From contig NW_024704743.1 of the NCBI RefSeq assembly GCF_018977255.1, positions 13,890,001-13,954,000 on the forward strand: a stretch of DNA of 64,000 bases. Direction: 5' to 3'. This document shows, in pieces, positions 24,190 to 36,910 of this stretch. Origin of the DNA: Callorhinchus milii (lineage: Eukaryota). Both the position numbers and the translations under genes were made by a program. The notes under the pieces were generated by a model. The model was not told the DNA's origin. It saw only the letters and a list, made by a program, of their open reading frames with translations, and did not search any database. Within the stretch, counting starts at the first letter, position 1. The number at the start of each line of letters is the position of its first letter.

Positions 24190-24801
24190 GACCAGTTGTT
24201 AGGGGACAACTAGTCTCCTTGGAGTTGAACTGGCTCCAAGGTGACTTGCTTGGCAATGGAATGTCGGAATCGAGCCAATCCTCTGTGGTGGTCTCAGTAG
24301 CCCGGTTCCTGAGCCAGGTGGGTCCGCAGATTCCAGGGCACTGCTGATGACAGCACAGCCAGCCTGGCTCATTGGCAGGACCTGGAACAACAGACCAGTC
24401 ACTAGGGGCAGGGTTAACTCAGCTCCTGTTAACCATGCAAGCCAAAGCCCAGATGGGTAGGGTGGTCTTAGCTGGATGAGCAGCTTGCCAGACAGTGATA
24501 TCAATGGTAAGTTATGAAGTTTTAGCTGGTTGGACTCCAGCAGTACCCCAACACACTCCCTGGGGTCTCCGAGACTTTGCTCTTGCCAACCTGCGCCTAA
24601 TACTTTCCAGAATTAGGTAAACAGGATGCGACCTTCCAGGGAGTGCGCATTCCATACGAACACATACCTCTGGAATTTCCATTTGTAAGTGGGGTGCATG
24701 GGTTTCCTCATAATAATAATCTTGCATTTGATATAATGCTTTGTCACGTCTTTGAGACGTCTCAAAGTGCTTCGCTGTGTCAGGCGTGTGACCAAAAAAA
24801 A
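24190..24801 (+). mobile_element. Unclassified A-tailed interspersed repeat (family C); further copies at ~26100-26530, 27565-28431 and 62525-62795
   Basis: Shared blocks: gttcctgagccag, gggcactgctgatgacagcacagccagcctggctcattggcaggac, cagaccagtcactgggg, ctcctgttaac, gcttgccagacagtg; 3' end tgtgtcaggcg..tgaccaaaaaaaa. Confidence 0.75.
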
Positions 24802-27800
24802 TTGTTAGGGGAGCTTGGTTGAAATGGGAGATATATTAGTGAGTTATTTCAAGAATCTGTAACATCCTTACAATTGTTTGTGGGACCTTCAACCTTTCTT
24901 GTTGCTTTGGTCAATCTCGTACTTCTTGAACATATTTGACCCGGTGTTGTTTATTTTCCAGTCTCCATTGATTTACTCTAATCTTTAAAGAATCTTCGCT
25001 ACCTGATTTGTTACCTCAGAGACCCCCCTTCCTGCCTCTCGCTTTCCCTCTTCAACTGTGCTGTCCCGCCAGCTTCTTTCATCATTTCTTACACTTTGAC
25101 TTCCAGATTGTATGGAGTACAGTAATTTGCCAGTGCAATGGTTATGTTTAACTACAGAAAAGTGATTACCCTTGACAGTAAATAGCACTTTGAGATGTTT
25201 CGAAATGATAAGATACAAAGAATACAAGTTCTTTCTTATACAAGTTCCTCTTATATTGTTTCCATTTCCTTTTTGCTTTTCTTTTCCAATTCTACTAGAT
25301 TGTCTCTCCCTTTTCTATCATCTTCCAACACCTGTCAATGATCAGTTTTTCTTGATCAAAAACTGTTCCTGTGACAGAGTTTGATCTGTTGGCTTATTTG
25401 TCTGACAATCTTTGCTTGTGTGTCTTTAATATACTTAACGCCTATGAATAAAGGCTTATGAATCTGTCCCTAACAAGTTACAGTACTTACAAAATCTATT
25501 AAAGAACAAATAACAAGAGATATATATTTTATCAGCAAAAAAGAGAAAACGTTAACAATTAAAGGAGTTGCCTTTTGCAAACCATCTTCATCTTTGCCTT
25601 TCTCATGAAGTCCATGCAGTCAACTGACAATTCCTGCAAGATCCTAACACTGTTTTAGCACTAAAGTCGGAGTAACCTTAATATACAGGATCAGAAAAGC
25701 ACTTGGGTGCAATCTGGAATTCTATTCATTCCAATCTTGTAAAAACAGATGCGACGAGAGCCATCATTGTGTATTATTATATAAACAGAAACATTTCGTC
25801 AGAATTAGAGTGAAAACATACTGCGCTTATCTCTCAATAGGCACAAGCTAAAGATACCAAACGTTAACAGCTTATAATAATGTATTGCAATGACTCGACC
25901 CTGCAGACTCACCCCGTCCTTCCCAACACCCTTCTCACTGATTGCACCTGGGAAGCAGCTATGTGATGAGCCTCAGGGTCACAGTATTGGACAAAAAGTT
26001 TTGTAGCTTTACTCTGAGTTTCTTCAGTTGAGTAAGTCTCCTGCTAATCAGCAGGCTAATATGTGCAAGAGTCAGATTCTGAGACGTGGCCATTGAGAAG
26101 AATATTCAGTAGTTCAGTTGCTGAGCCAGGTCAGTCCGTAGTATTACAGGGCACTGCTGATGATAATCCACTGGCAGGACTTGGAAGGGCAGACCCAGTC
26201 AGGGATTCTCAGCTCCTGTTGACTCTCAAGCTAAAGTCCCAATGGGAAGGTGGTCCTAGTAATGGGATGCTTGCCAGACACTGACTGCTCTTAATGGCAA
26301 ACTATGCAACACGTACTCTAGAGATGCCAAGCCTTGGCTCTCTGCACTTAATGTGTTCTTGATAATCCAATGAAATGTATTCTAATGTATTCTGAAATTA
26401 AATAAGTTGCGTGTGTTCCTCTAGGGAGAGAGAGTTCATTCAGACATAGGGCAATTTTCATGCGTAGGTGGTATGCATATGTGTAACTCAGACTGATTTG
26501 GATATGGTTTCTCATGTGTTAGCTACCCAGATGCATTCAAAGATTCAATACGTGCAAATCCTATTACAAATCTTTCAATTAGACCCTTAAGTAACCTCCT
26601 CTGTTTACATGCAGGGTAAAAGTATTTATTAAGAAGCTTGTGTAAACTTTAGTCAAATATTTGTGGCAGATTAGGTTGTAAACCATTAAAACTGAACTCC
26701 CAAGTTCAGATCATTGAGGATTTCTGGCAGTTTTGAGGAGAAATGACACAACTTATATAATTTACATCTCTTTACAAAGTGATGTCATACTGTACTGCCA
26801 CCTCATCAGATATAACTTCTGAAGCTTGCTAGTGCATGTTAAAAACACATCAAAAGGATCAACATTTCATTGGATTATAAAGCTGGCTAAAATCCTGTTC
26901 AATAAACATTGTGTTTAATTTGGAGGTATCACATCGGGAGGCCATCTCAAAGAGCTTTACAATATACATTGTAAAGTGTAGTGTATTTGTAGGTATTCTT
27001 TGAGTGTGTGGAGATTTTGATAATTTAACGGCACACTGCTGCAGAGTACATTACATTTCTACAAAGATTATTGCAAAAACATTTTGCTGGCTAACGACAA
27101 AAAATGCTCAATATTTTCCCCTCCTGAGGTACTTTAGTCTTAGAAACTCTGGAGATGTGCAATTTGAAACCATGCTGCTCAGTATATCACCACTTTGCAG
27201 GATGATTATTCCTCAATCAGCTCCAGGAGAAATTTACCACCGGAAGCGTACAGCAAGATTAAACAACGGCCCATTTCCTATAGAGAGGAAATGCTTCATG
27301 CTTTTCAACCTGATTTATCTATCTTAAACAGGAGGAGCTATTTGGCCTCACAGAAAGATTCAGTCTTAGAAACACAATACCGCAAGACACAAGCAATATT
27401 CTCAGTCGAAGTGTGACTTTTGAACTCTTGAGAGTTAATTGAAACTCCCCTCTCCCCACCCACCACAACTTTATGGTGAAAAAGTGTTGGTCTTATTTCA
27501 GAGTAAAATTCCAATATGATCTTCAGAGGTACGGAAATTCTCTTGTTCATCTGAAGATGACATGTTTGACAATGGAATGTTGGAATCGAGCCAACCCTCT
27601 GGCAGTCTAGGTATCCAGTTCTTCAGCCAGACAGGACCACATTACTTCAGGGCACCCAATGATAACAGCACAGCCAGCCTGGCTCATTGGCAGGACTTGG
27701 AAGGGCAGACCAGTCACTGGGGACAGGGACTCTTCCCACTCAGCTCCTGCAAACTCTACAAACCAAAGCCGTTAATGGCTAGAGTGGTCATAACTAAATA

Positions 27801-27984
27801 AGGGGTGAGAAAGCTTGCCAGACAGTGCTCTGAACAGCAAGCTATTTCTCTTCTTTAACAGTACCCTAATGCACACTTTGGGGTCCCCAATCTTTGGTCC
27901 TTGCCAGCCTGTGCCTAATACTTTCCGCATTGGGTAAGCAGGATGCTTCCCCGCAGGGAGAGAGTGCACATCCATTCCAACAAA

Positions 27985-28317
27985 TAATATAATAATATAA
28001 TAATAATAATCCTTGCATTTGACATTGCGCTTTTCACGTAGGGAGGACGTCCCAAAGCGCTTCACAGAACACACTGTAAAGTGAATTGACTGTATATTTG
28101 TGGGCAAACGCGGCAGCCAATTGCGCACAGCAATGTCCCACAAACAGTCGTAGATTGAAAATGACCAATTTATTATTGTTTTTAGTTTTGGAGCGATTAT
28201 TATTAGGCGTGTGGAGTAAGGAAACTTGCCCAAGGTTTCGCCCTGACCTGCCTGGAATTGAACTCAGGTCTCTTGCTTGCAAAGCGAGTGCTCCAACCAC
28301 TGAGCTACAGGACTCCA
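27985..28317 (-). mobile_element. SINE family A, full copy nested in an older element
   Basis: Reverse complement of the full head (ggagtcctgtagctcagtggttggagcactcgctttgcaagc) through the (ATT)n tail. Confidence 0.87.
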
Positions 28318-28784
28318 GGTCTAGTATTTGCAATTATAGGTCAGATGCACAAAACTCTGTTTGGTTTACATACTCTTTAAGTATGGTGATGGGTTTCCAA
28401 ATGTGTCAGGCGCCTGGCTGACCAAAAAAAAGCCAAGATGAATGGGCTGTAGAATTTAAAATAGTACAGTAACTAAACAATTGTTTCAACTCACAAGCCA
28501 CTATATTGACAACAACAACTTGTTTTTATATAGTGCGCTTCATGTGAGACAGCTTCCCAGAACACTTGAAAACCCAACACAGGAAACTAGACTGGACATC
28601 AAGATTTACTGGCAAGTTATTTTAAAGCTTCTAAACTTCACATTTGGAGGAAATGTCCCATGTGAGATTATCAAATCTAAGGAAGGGCAATACTGCTATT
28701 GAAAGTGGTTAGAAAATACCACACAGGGAGGTCTCTCAAATACATTTATAGACAAATAGGCTAGTAAAATACAGACACCGTGGT

Positions 28785-29282
28785 AATACAGTAAATAAAT
28801 TTTTATTTCACTCCTCCAGGTGAATGTTGCGAGTTACAGTTCTGCTTACTGTAGAGATTATGAATCGTATTTACAATTTACAGTAGTGTCTTTTCAAAAT
28901 ATAAGTACAAAAGCTATAGTAAACAAACGAGGTACTGCGATTCAGTGTTAGAGGCCGAAGCTTCAAAGATATGACGTTGGAGGGAAAAAAAAGTCAAGCT
29001 ATACAGAAAGAAGCATTCCAGTTAAAGATTAACAGTGTTCATTAACAGCCGATATTCCATTCAAGAAATTTATTGCACAATTTATCCTAGTGCCATTTAA
29101 CAATCTACTAGTTAAGATCAGAATATTATTTCCATTTCAGATTGTGTACAAATCACAGTAAAAGGCCTTAGAAACATCTTGACAACAGTACTTCCCTTCT
29201 CCCCACTCTCGGCAATGAGATAAATAACATCCAAGCAGCATTATTAAGGATCAGTTCGATTTTTTTTTTAGAAATTTGTCGA
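28785..29282 (-). other. GOLGA4: GOLGA4 3'UTR (approximate)
   Basis: AT-rich, repeat-free stretch between the TAA of the last exon and the distal AATAAA. Confidence 0.65.
28802..28807 (-). terminator. Probable distal polyadenylation signal of GOLGA4 (AATAAA)
   Basis: Plus strand tttatt. On the minus strand it is followed after ~20 nt by a GU/U-rich element (ggtgtctgtatttt). A proximal AATAAA also lies at 29069-29074. Confidence 0.65.
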
Positions 29283-29297
29283 TTAAACCAGCCAAGT
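29283..29297 (-). CDS. GOLGA4: GOLGA4 last exon, coding part: TWLV*
   Basis: Very strong U-rich acceptor ending tttcag|ACT TGG CTG GTT TAA. Corresponds to the human SWLRSSS* isoform C-terminus. Confidence 0.82.
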   Translation of the reverse strand, partial: TWLV

Positions 29298-30323
29298 CTG
29301 AAAAAAAAAGGAAAAAAGTCTTGAAATGTTAGAAATTTTTATTTCACAGAACTTAATGTGGAAATACTTTCCAATATAATTAAGTGATCTTGCTAATTTA
29401 ATCAACATGACTAACGGTTAACGTTAAACAAAAGCTTAGTAAAAGGTTTCTGATTACACCATAACATTGCACATTTCCAGAAAACGTTGTGCAACAGTTC
29501 CATTACGAGTAATTCAATGAAGTGTTGAAGTTCATACATCAACACAATGTTCTAATGGTAGTATAACCAGAGGCTGAAATGTCCTCACTAAAATCACAGA
29601 TCCTAGTTCCTAACAGTTTTTTTGTTATGTCCAAACAGTACAGTTAGTATGTTTTATAATTCTACTAGGTTTTATCATCCTACTGGTGATTATTTTAAAG
29701 TGGTTTATTTGCGTCAACCATTTGAGATATTTCTTTAACAGGTACTTAAATAAAAATAAATATGCTGAACCTCATTAAAGAGGTATTGGTAATTTAACTA
29801 TTTTGGTTGAAACAATAGGAAGCATGATTACATATTGGACTCTGGAACACGGGTTTAGAATTCCTGACAACCTGCAGGAAATTTTGCTCTGTAAATAGAT
29901 CCACTGGATTAGAGTTCCCATGGGTTTGTGTGATATATTATAGTTACTGGAAGGAGTTTCTATTTGTGGAACTTCTATTAAGGAATTCCTTCAGAAATTC
30001 TGCATTTTATACCCCGTCATTTTCTTGACCTCACTCAGGAGATAAAATGGAATTAATAAAATCTATACAGTGAAAACTATATATGGGCTATGGAATATTT
30101 TAATAGAAAGGAACAGAATAAGCCCATTGAGCAGTATGAAATGGCCTGCTCTTTAGCAGTGTCACTGTTAGCTGATGAAGCACAACACTCCCACTGTTAG
30201 ACAATGAAATGCAAGAGTTAGAGTGGCGATATGACATTTAGCAGGATTAATCGGTTAATGGAACAATTTAATAACAAATTTAAAAAGCACAAAAACTACA
30301 GACGAACAAAAGACATCACTCAC

Positions 30324-30388
30324 CCACATGCTAAAGTGACTACACCACCAGCCAACTCTCAGAAGATACCAGAGTGAGATGACGCATA
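30324..30388 (-). CDS. GOLGA4: GOLGA4 alternative 65-nt cassette exon; coding part 30388-30359 = YASSHSGIF*
   Basis: ctctgtag|TAT GCG TCA TCT CAC TCT GGT ATC TTC TGA ... ATGTGG|gtgagt. Corresponds to the human FTSPRSGIF* isoform C-terminus. Confidence 0.88.
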
Positions 30389-32214
30389 CTACAGAGCCAA
30401 GAGGGAAATTAGCAAATTGATTTGATTAGATAAGCAAAATATACACACAATTCCATAGAAAATGCATGTGATAAAACTAAAAGCAATCTAAAGCAACCAG
30501 AGAGGCATTATATTCACATATGAAGAATCTTAAGGTTTATTAAACCAGCATCTAACCTTGCCAAAAAAAGGGGTAAATGGTCTGAATTGCAAACAGGCGG
30601 CTACACAGCTCAAACTAGTTCGCTGAACATGCTCTATTTACTTTTAAAAAAATGTAGCATGGTGGAGGGTGCATTACCTCTCAGCCAATGTAAAATAAGG
30701 TTCTAAATATTCAATGACTAGTCCAAACACTTCACACTGCTGGACATTTAACTGGTTTAATGTAAAAAAAAATGAAGTGATAAAAATGTGAATTAAAAAA
30801 CAGATTTTGTCTCCTAATTCCACTTGTTACAGTGGCTCAGCTTGTTTTGGATTGACCTGAATGCTGGTTTACTAACCCCTAATAGGGCCAAGCATGATAT
30901 TCTACGAGGTGATTTAGTCATTCTTGAAGTTACCATTTATTTATGAACATCAAATTTTCTCTGAAAAGCCAGTCAACCAAACTATTATATGCTAAGTGTT
31001 ATGAAACAAAATGGATGTTAAGCAATTGAGCTTTTTTTTAAAATGGAGCATTCATCCAGAGTGACTTGAGGAGGCCATTCAGCATGTGATGACGGATCCA
31101 CATTTTATTAGATCAAGCAGATCATTTAATTTTATTTCCGAGCCTTGCACTAAGTCCTTAATATTGTTTATTCCCAAGCATCTCTCATCTCCCTCTAAAG
31201 ATTTCAAATTGATGCTGCATAAGATCTTGTTCTCATTCTAATTTGCTCCTCACAGTGTTAACGTAGCCAATTGTTATAACCGTGCAACAGATTGGTTATG
31301 TGCATCTTTCAACGTATTGGTACATCTCTCAATATATTGATTGCAATGGGAAGTTTATCAAACATTCTGAAGATTTAAAAATAGTTTAATTTTATTAACT
31401 GCTCTGCACTCCAAAGCACAAAATATTATTACTGCCGATCCATCGTCTAAGATTTTCAAATGTAATTTTAATTTTTTTTAATGTTGCTAACTCAAAAGGC
31501 TGCTCTGAAACACATGCTCCCAGTGAAGTCATGCAACTCTCAAGGCTGATGAAATATGAAACCCCCGTCTCCAAGAAGCTAACCCTAACCTGGAAACCAG
31601 GTGTTACATAACCTTATATCTATATCTCTATATTAAAGAAAGGAGAAATGTGAGTATTATGAACAGAAAGCACTGCCCTGACTATTTTCAAGCACCTTCA
31701 TTGTTATTATGATTGAATTGGTTGGTCATGCATCATAACAGTTTTAATAGTGAACGTATTCACTTATATTTGTTTGTCAAGTTGGACCTGGTGTATAGTG
31801 GGTTAGCACAATGCCCTTTCATCTCTGGGTGTGTGAGGATGAAAGTCTGTGTATGGGTAATCTAAATCAAGTTCTGAGTGGAAATAATAATAATCCTTGC
31901 ATTTGATGTAGGGCTTTTCATGTCTTGTAGACGTCTCAAAGAGCTTCACAGAATAGACTGTAAAGTGAATTGACTGTATATTTGTGGGCGAAACGCTTAA
32001 GAAAGCAAAACAAAAACAAATGAAACTTAACGTTAAAATGATCTGTAAATCGTCAGTCTTATTTGGAAAAGCTATGCGGTTAGTAGGAAAATTCACATTA
32101 GTCCAGTACGGATGCTGAATTAAGAAGTGTAATGAAAATAACTCGGTAATTTCAAAATGTGGTAAAATCTACGTACGTGCTCTGTATGAACATGAAATGT
32201 GTAACAAACACTCT

Positions 32215-32620
32215 GACTGCTCAGCTGGTGAAGCCATTCCATAAAGAGCCTTACAGACGTGGGAAATTGCAGGTTCAATCCCTGGACTCTGCTGAGTCAG
32301 TCAGTTGCAGAAGGGGTAGCAGGAGGGGTGCTAAAATTGGCCTAGTGGTTCTGGTTAGGAGGATATATAAGAAAATCAGGGCTGGCTCCATACTTCCCTC
32401 ACTCCTCAATCATCATGTGGTGTTGGAAAATGTAAGAGGGTTAACATTGAACAGGGACAAGATTGCACTCAGCTGTAATGCCCTCCATGGTCATTCATCG
32501 ACAAAACCATGCATTTTTTGGAGCGCTTCATCATTTAGGTTCACACATGAAGAATGGACTTGTGAAGGGTTCAGTGAAAGCACCAGGTACCCATTAATGA
32601 GTTCAGTGAAGCACTGAACA
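32215..32620 (+). mobile_element. Old tRNA-SINE (AmnSINE2-like); a second, inverted remnant at ~45950-46190
   Basis: B-box gcaggttcaatccctgg, then aattggcct..aaaatcagg..ctgtaatgccctcc..ttcacacatgaagaatgg. Family name is from recollection only. Confidence 0.5.
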
Positions 32621-33949
32621 CCCACTGATGGATTTGGTAATGTTTTCTGGTACTTTACTAAAATAAGATTGTATTTCAGCGGTAAAATATTAGGAGTTGT
32701 TAAATATTAGAGGAGAAAGCATTCCTTGGTTAAACATCTCCTGCCAATATTTAACAGGTTTTAGTTAAGTAACCGTTCCAACTTAGGTTTTAATAGAAAA
32801 TAGCAACCATTTTACATCTCCACAGAATAAATTTTAAAACCCACTCAGATCTAACATCACACGTTGATATAATGGGACATTAAATGTTTCAGGCAGCATG
32901 GTAAATAGGTCTGAAGGCCTTTCTATTTTTGTAAACAGAATACCTTTCTGAACAGCAACTGTTTATAAGATATAAATTCTCTCCATTTTAATGGATGGCT
33001 TCTAATGACTCACCAGATTAAACTATTTGAATTTTTAAACAAGGAAATTTATAGCATTTAAAAAAAAGTCAATTCAAAGTCTGCTATTAAGCTTTCTGCC
33101 AAGTTTTCTGAATCATGCTGTGTGTTTGTTGTAAAACAAAATCCAGCTTGTGATATTGTATTTAATCATCGAAGAAGGGTGTGTTTTTCTGATTTGTTGG
33201 TTGACTTGTGGGGTGGTATCTATGCAAGTTTCCCTGTAAGTTTGACCTTTCAAAAGGTAGCAGTAACAAATTAAGCTTTCATAGAAAGTTATACAGATCT
33301 CAGTGTTACACATCACAACCTGCCCACAGCAACCATTACACAAGTGCCTTCCAGAAAGACACAATGGTTAGCCACATATCCCCAATGCCACCCTGCTTGT
33401 TCAAAAAAGTATGGATTAAAGTCCTAAAAATAATCCTTTCATTTGATATAAGGCCTTATCATGTTGGTGAGACATCTCAAAGCGCTTCACAGGATATACT
33501 GTAAAGTTGATAAACTATACTTTGTGGACAACATTTACCACAGTATAGTAGCATGAGATGAAAGTCTGTTTGTGATAAATTTCAATTCATCATTTTTAAA
33601 TTAGGCTGCAACTTTAAACATTTTTATGAAAGCAACTTTTAATTCTTTATAATAGAATTGGACACACATTTATTTTGAAGATATCAAATTGATCCCAAAT
33701 GCAAAAAAAAATCTTCTAACTTTCCAAATTTAAAATGTGGCAATTTTTAAAAGCAGTTTAATAATGCACAAGAAAAGCAAATAGGTTCAACAAATGCAGA
33801 TAAGAATTCTATTGTCTATGTTATCCATCCGTCCACTTAACTACACCAGGCTCAGATGTGAATACTAGCAAAAGAATAGACAGATTCAGGGAGACACAAA
33901 CAAATAATGAGAATAAAGCACTGTCCTGGTGTGGTACCAAGCCGAAGAT

Positions 33950-34535
33950 ATAACAACAATAACTTCCACTTATATAGTGCCCTCTATGCAGGGTAGCACC
34001 TCAGAGCGCTTAACAGTGGCAAGGCCTGAGTCTGAGCTGGGGGGGAAGTGACCGTAAACAAGGTTAAAAAGGAATGTTTTCAGGTGGGACTTCAAAAAGG
34101 GGAGAGAGGGGACAAGGCGGAGGGATTGAGGGAGAGTGTTCCAGAGTTTCAGAGCTTAGTGGCTGAAAGCGCGACCTCCAATGGTCGAGCGGAGGGTGCG
34201 AGGGACAAGCAGGAGGCTGGTGCCAGGTGAGCAGAGCTGCCGGGTGGTGGATTGGGAAGTGAGGAGGTCGGAGATGTTGGGAGGTGCCAGAGAGTGAAGG
34301 GATTTGAATACGAGTATGAGGATCTTGAAGTTGATCCACTCAGTGATGGGGAGCCAGTGGAGCCTGGCCAGAACTGGCGAGATGTGGGTACAGAGTTTGG
34401 TCCAGGTCAGTATGCGAGCGGCAGAGTTCTAAATGAGCTGGATCTTTTGAATAGTGGAGCTGGGGAGGCCAGCGAGGAGTGAGTTTGAGTAATCAAAGCG
34501 GGAGGTGACAAACGCAAGCACGAGGGTAAGATACA
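33950..34535 (-). mobile_element. L2-clade LINE 3' fragment
   Basis: AFVTSRFDYSNSLLAGLPSSTIQKIQLI; tail (TTG)n at ~33950-33962. Confidence 0.88.
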
Positions 34536-35246
34536 TGCGACTCCATGGGTATTTTAACATTGTACCAATGTGTTTTATGTAATGACCAATTATCCACACG
34601 GTTTGCTTATCAGCCATTATCTCAAATAGTACAGATAATCAACTATTTGGTATGTTTATAACAAGCTATATCATATGCCTACACAATATTCACTTCATTT
34701 TTAATTATCCGCATGATCTGATACTCTTTTATATTAAAGAATCATATGAAACATATATATATATATAGAAATGTATATTGTTGTATAAGAAACTTTGAAA
34801 CATGCAGAATTAAACAGTACTTGGACAACAGTGTTACTGAGTTTGAATCCTCGTCTTTCTGAAAACAAGGGCATGTTTTGTGGCATCTGTAATTTATTTA
34901 GACCTATTCCAATAACTCAAATTTTGCACAAAAATATTTCCATCAGTTGTATTAATTTGAGTCTCACATTAAATCAGCCAGCCTGCATAAGATGAACCTA
35001 ATTGTCTACTTGCAATCTAAATTACAAAAATAATTCCATTTATGAAAAGAATTTGTGTGCCAAGACAAATGAGGATCAGGCAATATCCTATTGGTCTGAG
35101 GTTGACGATTATTTATTGGATTTTGAGACCCGATTTTCTGGCACTATGAAATGCTGTCTAGACAACTATTGTTCAAAATTTATTAAGACACTCTTCCCCA
35201 AACAGGAGAAAGGACAAATTAAATTCATTGTTTGAAAACTCGGCTG

Positions 35247-36910
35247 AACATAAGAAATAGGAGCAGGAATAGGCCATTCGGCCCTCAAACCTGCCCCGCC
35301 ATTTAATAAAATCATGGCTGATCTTCTAACCTAATTCATTTACCCGCCCTATCCCCATATCCCTTAATTCCTTTAGTTTTTGAAAATCTATTTATCTCAG
35401 TCTTGAATATGTTCAATGACTGAGCATCCACCGCCTTCTGGGGTAGAGAAATCCATAAATTCACTACACTCTGAATGAAGAAATGTTTTCTCAACTCAGT
35501 TCTAAACTGAGTTTTCTCAACTCAGGCTGACCTTTAATCCTGAGACTACGACCCCTAGTTTTAGATTCTCCAACCAGGGGAAACAATCTCACACTATCTA
35601 CCCTGTCAAGATCCTTAAGAATCTTATAGGTTTCTATAAGATCACCTCTAATTCTTCTATATTCCAGTCTACTCAACCTCTCCTTGTAGGTCAACCCCCT
35701 CATCCCAGGAACCAACCTAGTGAATCTATGTTGCACACCCTCTAACTCGAGTATATCCTTTCTTAGATAAGGAGACCAAAACTGCACACAGTACTCCAGG
35801 TGCGGTCTCAACAAGACCTTATACAATTGCAGCAAGACTTTCCTACTCTTGTACTCTAACCCCTTTGCAATAAACGCTAACATGCTTTTAGCCTTCCTAA
35901 TTGCTTGCTGTACCTGCATATTAACTTTCTGTGATTGGACACCTATATCCCTCTGAATACTAACACTATCTAGTCTCTCCCCTCTAGAAAATAATCTGCT
36001 TTCCTATTTTTTCTACCTAGATGAATAACTTTACACTTCCCCACATTATACTCCCTCTGCCACCTTCTTGCCCACTCATTTAAGCTGTATCTGAGAAGGA
36101 CCCGTTTATCCCTACTCTCTGTTTTCTGCCTGTTAACCATTCTTCGATCCATGGTAATATATTACCCTTAATTCCATGAGCCCTAATCTTATGTAACAAC
36201 CTTTTATGTGGCACCTTGTCAAATGCCTTCTGAAAATCTAAATACACTATATCCACTGTTTTCCCCCTATCTAACCTGCTAGTTACATTTTCAAAAACTC
36301 TAAAAGATTTGTTAAACACGATTTCTCTTTCATAAAACCGTGTTGGTTTTTTGCTCTGCCTAATCATATTATGATTTTCTAAGTGCCCCACGACGACGTC
36401 CCTAATTATAGAGTCTAGAATTTTCCCTACCACCGATGTCAGACTAATTGGTCTATAATTCCCCATTTTTTCTCTTCCACTCTTCTTAAATAACGGTGTT
36501 ACATTTGCAATCTTCCAATCAACGGGAACAGTTCCAGAATCCAGGGAATTCTGGAAGATCAAAAACAATGCATCCACCTAAAACCTAAAATCTTAGGATG
36601 CAGGCCATCAGGTCCAGGGGATTTATCAGTTTTTAGTCCCATCAATTTCTCTAGTACTATTACTTTACTGACATTAATTTCTTTAAATTCCTCACTAACA
36701 TTAGTCTCTTGGTTCCCCACTATTTCTGGTTATTAATATCTTCCAACGTGAAGACAAAAGCAAAGTATTTGTTTAGTGACTCTGCCATTTCTTTATTCCC
36801 CATTATAATTTCTCCTGTCTCTGCCTTTAAGGGACCCACATTTACTTTTGTTAATCTATTTCCTCTTTATATACTTGTAAAAGTTCTTACAATCTGTCTT
36901 TATATCTCTA
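35247..36910 (-). mobile_element. CR1-type LINE ORF2 (RT) remnant ~1.65 kb with frameshifts and an internal deletion
   Basis: ORFs DWKIANVTPLFKK..NYRPISLTSVVGKIL, VDIVYLDFQKAFDKVPHKRLL and RPHLEYCVQFWSPYLRKDI; CR1 3' end at ~35247. Confidence 0.94.

Noticed and set aside
33841..33864. Minus-strand ttcttttgctag|YSHLSLV* as a third GOLGA4 C-terminal exon
   Set aside because: Only an acceptor-like site; no known counterpart and no clear donor or poly(A) support.
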